12,290 nucleotides of DNA from Octopus sinensis (lineage: Eukaryota), in assembly GCF_006345805.1 (NCBI RefSeq), contig NW_021826664.1, positions 1 through 12,290 on the forward strand, given 5' to 3'. The notes beneath the pieces are model-generated. The model did not search any database. It was not told the DNA's origin and worked only from the letters and a program-made list of their open reading frames with translations. Numbering within the stretch: the first letter of the stretch is position 1; each line of letters starts with the position of its first letter. Of the stretch, positions 1 through 7,577 are shown piece after piece. The translations under genes were made by a program, and so were the position numbers.

Positions 1-131
1 ACAATACATATATATACTTCTTAAGAATGTATAATATGTATATACATTCAATGTATATATATTCCAAAGAATGTTATTATATATATTGTAGTACTCTGTG
101 ACAACCAATATTCTGTGCGTGTTTGAATATA

Positions 132-168
132 TAGGATGTGTCAATAGTATGTTTCTAGTATTGAATAT

Positions 169-251
<83 letters not shown>

Positions 252-567
252 CGGAGATGTACTTGCCATAGCAAGTGACTCGATCTGAGATCGTGTGCTG
301 AAACAAAACATCTTCCACGCTGAAATTGTATACATACATACACATATATGTATATATATATATATATTATATATAATATATTACATATATATATATATAC
401 ATATATATGTGTGTATGTATGTATATAATTTCAGCGTGGAAGACGTTTTGTTTCAGCACACGATCTCAGATCGAGTCACTTGCTATGCAAGTACATCTCC
501 GTAATATTATATATATATATATATATATATTAATATTCAATACTAGAAACATATTATTGACACGTAC

Positions 568-570
<3 letters not shown>
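132..570. mobile_element. Nested fold-back (palindromic, MITE-like) element: outer inverted repeat, (TA)n, inner inverted repeat, TA-rich core
   Basis: 132-170 is the reverse complement of 531-570 (2 substitutions, 1 indel). 248-327 is the reverse complement of 427-505 (1 substitution, 1 indel), and pairing continues into the TACA/TGTA repeats around the centre. The arms are separated by (TA)n at 171-247 and 506-530. The inverted repeats are seen directly; the MITE label is inference. Confidence 0.8.
171..247. repeat. (TA)n microsatellite
   Basis: Near-perfect TA dinucleotide run; further TA runs at ~350-400, 506-530 and 571-610. Confidence 0.95.
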
Positions 571-612
<42 letters not shown>

Positions 613-665
613 CAGAAAGTATATATAAAGTTTATGCAATATGTGTAAAATACCGATAATCGCAC

Positions 666-840
666 GTGTGTGTACGCGAGAGTGTGTACGCGCGTATGTG
701 TACGCGCGGTGTGTACGCGCGTGCGTGTACGCGCGTGTGTGTACGCGCGTGTGTGTACGCGCGTATGTGTACGCGCGTGTGTGTACGCGCGTGTGTGTAC
801 GCGCGTGTGTGTACGCGCGCGTGTGTACGCGCGCGTGCGT
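666..840. repeat. 14-bp minisatellite (GTGTGTGTACGCGC)x~12
   Basis: TACGC recurs at 673, 687, 701, 714, 728, 742, 756, 770, 784, 798, 812 and 826 (period 14, one 13-bp unit). Confidence 0.95.
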
Positions 841-1546
841 AAAATATACACTGTATATAAAAGTATAATATACACATCTATGTGTGTGTGTGTATGTGTG
901 TGTCTGCGTGCATATTCTGTAGTCTATTGTGTCAAAAATTATGCCAATTACGCAAATTACAGGGAATGACACATCGTTGATGACGATAGATGAAGCTATT
1001 GATTTCTTACTGATATTCTTCGTACTTTGTGTTTACTAGTAAAATATTCCACTTTGAACTTAGCCAAAAGACGAACACCAATATTTCTTAATGTAATAGT
1101 GCAGGCCACCCGTCGATAAAATGGGTCACAACGATATATAAGCACATAAGCACTCACCGACAAAAGTGATTGCATTTTTTTTTTTTTCTTATTTATAACA
1201 GTTTTTTGTTAGTTTTGCTTTTTGCGTTTTTTTTTTTGATTTTTTTTCGTTTTGGGGTTGGCGTTTGCTAGTCCCTGAATGATTGGCACTCTTGGTCAAC
1301 ATGGGTCTCATTGATTTACTGTCATGAACTTAAACTAGAAAAGGATACCAATGACATAACCCAGAATGTAAATTGTTTTCATTATCGAATAATCTAAGCG
1401 CTTGCTTTAAACGCACACTTTAAACACTTTCGTCGTTGGATATTTCGATTCTTTCAATACAACCATATATACCGACAGCAATAAATATCTTTGAAATAAC
1501 GCCTCATACCAGCAACTTAATAATGCATGCGTTTTTTGAAAACACG

Positions 1547-1623
1547 TTAGTTCTGGTCCATGCGGCGCCAGCTAATAGGTTCAACTGCTGGTGATGTTGG
1601 GATTATTATTTTAACCCGTATAT
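1547..1623 (-). CDS. Candidate terminal coding exon of an unidentified gene
   Basis: Minus-strand acceptor ctctcAG (AG = 1625-1624). A phase-1 join to the 1736-1819 exon reads (H)IRVKIIIPTSPAVEPISWRRMDQN* with TAA at 1549-1547. The implied intron 1624-1735 is 112 bp, GT..AG. The polypyrimidine tract is short and I recognise no homologue. Confidence 0.3.
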
Positions 1624-1735
1624 CTGAGAGGTATCCAACTCAATGACTTTTCATTTCATTATGTTTTAATTTAATCGCGGCGTTGAATAATAAAAGTAAT
1701 TAAATACGGAAATATCCTTAAATGAAGCTATTTAC

Positions 1736-1819
1736 GTTCTCCATTATATCCTTGATAACCTTCCGTAGTAAATCGATAAGAGCCAGGTTTTCCGGTAATG
1801 CCGACTGGTCTAATGAAAG
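1736..1819 (-). CDS. Candidate internal coding exon (84 bp, frame-preserving) of an unidentified gene
   Basis: Minus strand: T-rich acceptor aatttaatttttatAG|CTTTCA, donor GAGAAC|GTAAAT. The segment is more GC-rich than its flanks and two frames are open: phase 1 (x)FIRPVGITGKPGSYRFTTEGYQGYNGE(x), or phase 0 LSLDQSALPENLALIDLLRKVIKDIMEN. Product not recognised. Confidence 0.45.
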
Positions 1820-2220
1820 CTATAAAAATTAAATTAATATTATGATAATATACTTGCAAAAATATTACATTATTTACAAAATAATATAAAATTTACATGT
1901 AATTATCATTAGTAGAGAAGTTCATTTATCATAATATTCATTTCAAAACAACTAAAGCTAATCTAGTGTTACAATCCGTTCTCATCTTAATTATCTCACT
2001 CTTTCTATGTCTGCCAGTCAAAACCGTTTAACAAGTACCTCATCCTTCAACCCATTTTCATTTTACGTCAACCAGCGATCATTCACTCTCGACACATCAT
2101 ATATTATTTACTTCCACACTATAAATTTATCATGACAAAGAACAAAAAATTTAAATCATTATAGCATGGAAAGGTGTGGGTGTATGTACGTAACAAAATT
2201 TATGATAATTTACCCGCTAT

Positions 2221-2413
2221 AAGCACAAGACCTGAAATTTAGAGGGAAGGGAGATAGCCGATTACATCGATCCCAGTGCTCTACTGGTACTTATTTTATC
2301 GATCCTGAAAGCATGAATTGCAATGTCGACATCGGCGTCGAATTCAGAACGTAATGTCGAATTCAGAACGTAAAGGCAGACGAGACACCACTTACGATTC
2401 TGCTAGCTCACCG
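2221..2413 (-). mobile_element. tRNA-derived SINE, family C, diverged copy
   Basis: Collinear with 2510-2642 and 2772-2840 (gcacaag..gaaattt, atcga.cccagtg, ggtacttattttatcga, gtcgac.tcggc, cagaacgta, acgattctgc.agctc) but with many substitutions, a head deletion and an 18-bp tandem duplication. Confidence 0.8.
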
Positions 2414-2492
2414 GTTTAACTACAATCGTAATGACTTGTCTTTATTTCAAAAATATACAAGCGAATATAGGATTTGATGCAAACTAGGCTAA

Positions 2493-2841
2493 TAATCTTT
2501 TCTACTCAAGGCACAAGGCTCGAAATTTTGGGGGAGGGGCCAATTGATTAGATCGACCTCAGTAAGCAACTATTACTTAATTTATCGACCACGAGGGAAT
2601 GAAAGGCAAAGTCGACCTCGGCGGAATTTGAAATTAGAACGTTTACGGAATACCTATTTCTTTACTACCTACAAGGGGCTAAACACAGAGAGGACAAACA
2701 AGGACAGATAAACGGATTAAGTCGATTATATCGACCCCAGTGCGATGAAAGACAAAGTCGACCTCGGCGGAACGTAGCGGCAGACGAAATACTGCTAAGC
2801 ATTTCGCCCGGCGTGCTAACGATTCTGCCAGCTCGCCGTCT
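2493..2841 (-). mobile_element. tRNA-derived SINE, family C, internally duplicated/dimeric copy
   Basis: The reverse complement of 2772-2840 matches the head at 3451-3520 (ggcgagctggcagaa.cgttagcacgc). The block atgaaag(g/a)caaagtcgacctcggcggaa occurs twice (2599-2626, 2745-2772), with a distinct segment at ~2652-2720 between the two bodies. Confidence 0.85.
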
Positions 2842-2889
2842 TAAGGCGATAATAAGATTCTAATGTTTAAATATAAATATGGGAGAAAA

Positions 2890-2957
2890 TAAACAACAAA
2901 CCATAAGAAAGAAACAAACAAACAAGCAAACAAAGAAACAAACAAACAAACGAAACA
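2890..2957. repeat. Imperfect (AAAC)n / A-rich simple repeat
   Basis: aaacaaacaaacaagcaaacaaagaaacaaacaaacaaac; a cleaner (AAAC)n lies at 4928-4962. Confidence 0.8.
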
Positions 2958-3048
2958 ATATAGTAATAGGTACATTTTTTCACTCTCTTGGTGTGTCGGA
3001 ATTGATGTAGTAAGTTTTGAAGTTGAGGCTAAGTTTATACACCATAAT

Positions 3049-3388
3049 GGAGGCGCAATGGCCCAGTGGTTAGGGCGGCGGACTCGCGGTCATAGGATCG
3101 CGGTTTCGATTCCCAGACCGGGCGTTGTGAGTGTTTATTGAGCGAAAACACCTAAAAGCTCCACGAGGCTCCGGCAGGGGATGGTGGTGATTCCTGCTGT
3201 ACTCTTTCACCACAACTTTTTCTCACTCTTACTTCCTGTTTATGTTGTACCTGTATTTCAAAGGGCCGGCCTTGTCACTCTCTGTGTCACGCTGAATATC
3301 CCCGAGAACTACGTTAAGGGTACACGTGTCTGTGGAGTGCTCAGCTACTTACACGTTAATTTCACGTAACCGACGGAGTGCTTCCACC
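3049..3388 (+). mobile_element. tRNA-derived SINE, family A, tail type 1, with target-site duplication
   Basis: Pol III A-box-like TGGCCCAGTGG (3059-3069) and B-box-like GGTTTCGATTCC (~3102-3113). Nearly identical to the reverse complement of 8958-9339 apart from a 45-bp deletion. Flanked by the direct repeat ACACCATAATG (3039-3049 and 3389-3399). Confidence 0.92.
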
Positions 3389-3450
3389 ACACCATAATGT
3401 TTCAAATACAATAGGAAAGCTTAAGGCTTTGCCATTATATGGCAGTCAAA

Positions 3451-3635
3451 GGCGGCGAGCTGGCAGAACCGTTAGCACGCTGGACGGAATATTTAGCGGT
3501 ATTTAGCCAGTCGCTACGTTCTGAGTTCAAATTCCACCGAGGTCGACTTTGCCTTTTTTTTTTTTTTCGGCCTTTCGGGTTGATATCGACTTAACCCCAA
3601 ATTTCAGGTCTTGTGCTTAGCCTAGCGTAGAAATA
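3451..3635 (+). mobile_element. tRNA-derived SINE, family C, with 17-bp target-site duplication
   Basis: Head ggcggcgagctggcagaaccgttag and B-box-like GAGTTCAAATTCC (3523-3535); homologous to 2493-2841. Flanked by ATTATATGGCAG(T/A)CAAA at 3434-3450 and 3636-3652. Has an internal poly-T expansion and a deletion. Confidence 0.92.
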
Positions 3636-3697
3636 ATTATATGGCAGACAAACGGTTGTGAAAAAGAAGGAAACAACGAAATAGGAGGAGTAAGGAA

Positions 3698-3708
3698 ATG
3701 TATGTATG

Positions 3709-3756
<48 letters not shown>

Positions 3757-3789
3757 AATGCATACACATACATGTGTGTGTATGCATAC

Positions 3790-3822
<33 letters not shown>

Positions 3823-3997
3823 CTAATATATATATAACATAAATACATACATACATACATATATACAAATACATACATAAATACATATTTATATATCTAT
3901 ATCTATATACATATACACACACACAAACATATATGCTAACTACAACGCGTACATATATGTATAAATGTATATGCGCATGCGTGTATGTGTGTGTGTC
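3698..3997. repeat. Compound (TA)n/(TACA)n/(CA)n/(TG)n microsatellite
   Basis: Direct inspection; source of the YIYI/VCVC ORFs. Confidence 0.9.
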
Positions 3998-4213
3998 TTT
4001 TTTTTTTACTTGGGATAAAAAGATCACTATTTGAGCTATGCCTGGAATAAGTTGTAGGACTTTGCTAGAATTATGCTTGGAATTTTGTGACAAAGAGAAT
4101 AAGTAGGATATAGTTATGAATAATTCAATGGGAATCTGTGAATCAAACTATTTGATTATCAAAACTAAAATAAACTACCATAAACAAAACAACAAACACG
4201 AAAAAGAATATAT

Positions 4214-4214
4214 A

Positions 4215-4245
<31 letters not shown>

Positions 4246-4297
4246 TATTATTATTATTATTATTATTACTATTATTATTATTATTATTATCATTATT

Positions 4298-4328
<31 letters not shown>

Positions 4329-4375
4329 ATATTATTATCATTATGATCATTATTATTATTATTATCATTATTATT

Positions 4376-4410
<35 letters not shown>

Positions 4411-4800
4411 CATTATTATTATTATTATTGTTGTTATTATTATTATTATTGAAACTATTATTATCAGTATTATTATTATTGTTATTATTATTATTATTAT
4501 TATCATATTTATCATTATTATTATTATTATTAATATTATTATTATCCTTATTATCATTATTATTATTACTATCATTATTATTATTATTATTATTATCATT
4601 ATTATCATTATTATTATTATTATTATCATTATTATTATTTTTATCATTATCATTATTATCATTATTATTATTATTATTATTATTGTTATTATTATTATTA
4701 TTGAAACTATTATTATTATCATTATCATTATTATTATTATTGTTATTATTATTATTATTGAAACTATTATTATTATCATTATCATTATTATTATTATTAT
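4214..4800. repeat. ~590-bp (ATT)n microsatellite with ATC/ACT/GTT variants and higher-order duplication
   Basis: Continuous triplet repeat; the interruption GAAACT recurs at 4451, 4703 and 4760. Confidence 0.95.
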
Positions 4801-5206
4801 ATCTTCTTCGAAGCAATGAAAAACCAATCGCTAGACTTATACCGTAAACCGTCTGGAATAACGTTTACATCTTCGAAAAATATATCAAATTTGTATTGGA
4901 AAAGAAAAAAAATGAAAAACAAACACAAAACAAACAAACAAACAAACAAACAAACAAACAAATGGAATCTTCTAGAATCACAATGACGACAAGTTATACA
5001 GTCGATTGAGACAACCTGTCGCTTTGAATTTGATCAGAGATTCGAATATCGATTAACGAATAACGAACTCCGCTCGAAAAACAAAAAAATCAATAAATTG
5101 CCTGGAAAAGCGATGTAAGAATCGTTGTACGATTTAGTATTATTTAGTTTTAATATTTGGTTGACACTAACACTTTTTGTGAGGGCGAGAGAACGGTTCT
5201 TGCGCT

Positions 5207-5221
5207 GTTATTATTATCACT

Positions 5222-5256
<35 letters not shown>

Positions 5257-5339
5257 TATTATTATTATTATTATTATATCATTATCATTATCATTATTAT
5301 TATTATCATCATCATTATCATTATTATTATTATTGTTAC

Positions 5340-5371
<32 letters not shown>

Positions 5372-5555
5372 TATTATTATTATTATTATATCATTGTCAT
5401 TATTATCATTATCATTATCATTATTATCATTATCATTATTTTATTATTATCCTTATCATTATTATTATTGTTACTTTTATTATTATTATTATTACTATTA
5501 TCATTATTATTATTATTATTAGTATAGTTATTATTATTATCATTATTATTATATT
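5207..5555. repeat. (ATC)n/(ATT)n compound microsatellite
   Basis: (CAT)n at ~5222-5256, then imperfect (ATT)n; a short (CTT)n follows at ~5627-5672. Confidence 0.93.
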
Positions 5556-5881
5556 GATTTAGTTGGGTAATTCTTTTTCGAATATATTTTCCTTTTCTTC
5601 ATTTCCTTTCTTTGCTGTTGTTGCTGTTCTTCTTCATCTTCGTCTTCTTCTTCTTCTCTTCTTCTTCTTCTTACAAATGCTGATTTTTATATACCTGTTT
5701 TATTTATTCATTGTTACTGGTGTTGTTGCGTCTGGGGTTCCTTTAAATAATTTCATATTATTTTCTGTTGTTTTACTGTGATTTTGTTCCTATTGTCTTT
5801 ATCTTATCTCGTTCTGTATAATTTGATTATTGATTCGTTATCTCTTTCTGCGTCTCCCTTTCTCATTCTCTGACATGTATG

Positions 5882-6170
5882 ATGGCCCAGTGGTTAGGGC
5901 AGCGGACTCGCGGTCGTAGGATCGCGGTTTCGATTCCCAGGCTGGGCAATATGAGTGTTTATTGAGCGAAAACTCCTAAAGCTCCACGAGGCTCCGGCAG
6001 GGGGTGGTGTCGATCCCTGCTGTACTCTTTCGCGACCACTTTCTCTTACTCTTTCTTCTGTTGGCGTGCTCGCTTAGCCTGCGGGGTGCCGTCATTTGAA
6101 GGCTAAACAATGTGAAGCGCATTGTGACCAGCGTTGTGTAGTAACATCTGAAAGCCTGGTCGGTCACGGT

Positions 6171-6172
<2 letters not shown>
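5882..6172 (+). mobile_element. tRNA-derived SINE, family A, tail type 2
   Basis: 5882-6060 aligns with 3058-3238 (same A/B boxes and body). 6063-6172 (ggcgtgctcgcttagcc...ggtcggtcacggtga) is unrelated to the tail of the 3049 copy and runs into (TA)n. Confidence 0.88.
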
Positions 6173-6173
<1 letters not shown>

Positions 6174-6222
<49 letters not shown>

Positions 6223-6257
6223 TATATATATATTATAATTATATATATATATTATAT
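6174..6257. repeat. (TA)n microsatellite
   Basis: TA run with interruptions; further TA runs at 6880-6946, 7130-7162 and 7620-7646. Confidence 0.93.
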
Positions 6258-6344
6258 TAATTATTTTACTATAAAATTGGATTCAATCCTAAATCTGATT
6301 TTCCCTGTAAATTTGGATTTATTCCCTAATATTAGGGAATAAAT
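6258..6344. repeat. Fragment ending in a perfect 28-bp palindrome; possibly a truncated fold-back element
   Basis: ATTTATTCCCTAAT|ATTAGGGAATAAAT at 6317-6344 is its own reverse complement and abuts a 5'-truncated SINE. Confidence 0.55.
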
Positions 6345-6514
6345 TGCTTATCAACCATATAATTCCGGGTTCAGTCCCACTGCGTGGCACCTTGGGCAAA
6401 TGTCTTCTACTATAGCCTGACCCCGACCAAAGTCTTGTGAGTGGATTTGGTAGACGGAAACTGAAAGAAGACCGTCGTATATATATATATATATTATATA
6501 TATATGTGTGTGTG

Positions 6515-6547
<33 letters not shown>

Positions 6548-6595
6548 TTTGTGTGTGTGTGCATGCATATGTATATATGTATATATATATAATAT

Positions 6596-6644
<49 letters not shown>

Positions 6645-6879
6645 TATGTATGTATGTATTATGTATGTATGTGTGTGTCTGTGTTTGTCCCTACACCCTG
6701 GTTTGACAACCGATGTTGGTGTGTTTATGTCTCTGTAACTTAGTGTCCCGTTAGAAGAACCGTTAGAATAAGTACAAGGTTTACAAAGAACAAGTACTGG
6801 GGTCGATTTGTTCGACTAAAGGCAATGCTCCAGCATGGCCACAGTCAAATGACTGAAACAAATAAAAGAATAAAAGAAT
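6345..6879 (+). mobile_element. tRNA-derived SINE, family B, 5'-truncated, with expanded internal microsatellite
   Basis: 6345-6478 aligns with 10441-10573 (B-box-like GGTTCAGTCCC; A box missing). 6702-6866 aligns with ~10663-10828. Internal TA/TG/TATG tract at ~6478-6687; ends in (AATAAAAG)2. Confidence 0.9.
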
Positions 6880-6946
6880 ATATAATATATATATATATAT
6901 ATATAGATATATATATATATCTATATATATATATATATATATATAT

Positions 6947-7126
6947 TAGGGGGGAGAGTTCACGAAAAAACAAAAGACGAAGACAGGTAGTGTACAAAAC
7001 AAACAGATGTATTAGTATAACGCTCAGGAATAGAAAAGTCTTTTACGTTTCGAGCCTACGCTCTTTTACAGAAAGCGACATAGAAAAAACAAGTAGATAA
7101 ATAATGTGTGTAGTGGCTACCGATCT

Positions 7127-7130
<4 letters not shown>
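6947..7130 (-). mobile_element. Short (TA)n-embedded element, probably derived from a Penelope-like pseudo-LTR
   Basis: A ~185-bp non-repetitive island between two TA runs containing a minimal hammerhead-shaped motif on the minus strand (7040-7075). Minimal hammerheads are an established hallmark of Penelope-like element pLTRs; the assignment itself is inference. Confidence 0.55.
7040..7075 (-). ncRNA. Degenerate minimal type I hammerhead ribozyme motif (probably inactive)
   Basis: Minus strand reads CTTT CTGTAAAA GAGC-GTAG-GCTC GAAAC GTA AAAG: stem I CTTT/AAAG, stem II GAGC/GCTC, GAAA box, palindromic ACGT in place of stem III, GUA as the NUH triplet. The CUGANGA box is altered to CUGUAAA. 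Confidence 0.5.
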
Positions 7131-7160
<30 letters not shown>

Positions 7161-7164
<4 letters not shown>

Positions 7165-7577
7165 AAAATGTGTTGCTGAAAATGCAGTTCAATTTTAAAA
7201 ACTTGTAAATATTTAAAATACATTTATTTACATATATACCAAACTAGTTTCAACAATATTTTTTGTTTATCTATGGTAAAAGTGTAAAATTAGAAAAACA
7301 TCGTTATATGTGTCAATGTTGACAAATATACAGTTTTAATTTCAAACTTACACCTTCTGTTTTGAACATGATAATTTATCAACATTGAAACTTTTTAATT
7401 TAATTTTGATTTGTCAATATTGAGACTTATAACGATGTTTTTTTTTTATTTTACATTTTTACCATTGGTAAACAAAAAATATTGTTGAAACTAGTTTGGT
7501 ATATATGTAAATAAATGTATTTTAAACATTTACGAGTTTTTGAAATATAAGTGCATTTTCAGCAACACATTTAGCTA
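7161..7577. mobile_element. MITE-like fold-back element with ~165-bp terminal inverted repeats
   Basis: 7161-7327 is the reverse complement of 7409-7577 with scattered mismatches (e.g. aaatgtgttgctgaaaatgca / tgcattttcagcaacacattt; ataccaaactagtttcaacaatattttttgttta / taaacaaaaaatattgttgaaactagtttggtat). Spacer of ~80 bp, TATA on both flanks, no coding capacity. Confidence 0.88.

Noticed and set aside
25-49. 9-bp hairpin gaatgtata/tatacattc
   Set aside because: Short and AT-rich in TA-repeat context; expected by chance.
285-304. CTGAGA...GAAAC resembling a hammerhead core in the palindrome arm
   Set aside because: The CUGANGA box is one base short and there is no stem II between the boxes.
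666-840. CRISPR-like regular repeat
   Set aside because: Head-to-tail units without unique spacers, in a eukaryotic context with no cas genes.
155-972. ORFs rich in YI/VC/TRAH repeats
   Set aside because: They are translations of (TA)n and the 14-bp minisatellite; open on both strands because the repeats lack stops.
996-1175. 59-codon minus-strand ORF (MQSLLSVSAY...) with a GTAAG donor-like site near 1010
   Set aside because: No recognisable homology or convincing acceptor; within chance expectation.
3049-3125. Possible tRNA gene (also at 5882, 9339, 11745 and the B and C heads)
   Set aside because: A and B boxes are present, but I cannot fold a full cloverleaf with an acceptor stem, and each continues into a SINE body and tail.
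3181-3369. Near-identical ORFs at 3181-3369 and 9005-9256 that look like a duplicated gene
   Set aside because: Both lie inside family A SINE copies; the similarity is at the DNA repeat level. The same applies to ORFs within family B copies.
4116-5781. Long poly-Asn/Ile/Leu/Tyr/His ORFs (up to 220 aa)
   Set aside because: Products of (ATT)n/(ATC)n tracts, open in several frames at once, with no splice or domain support.
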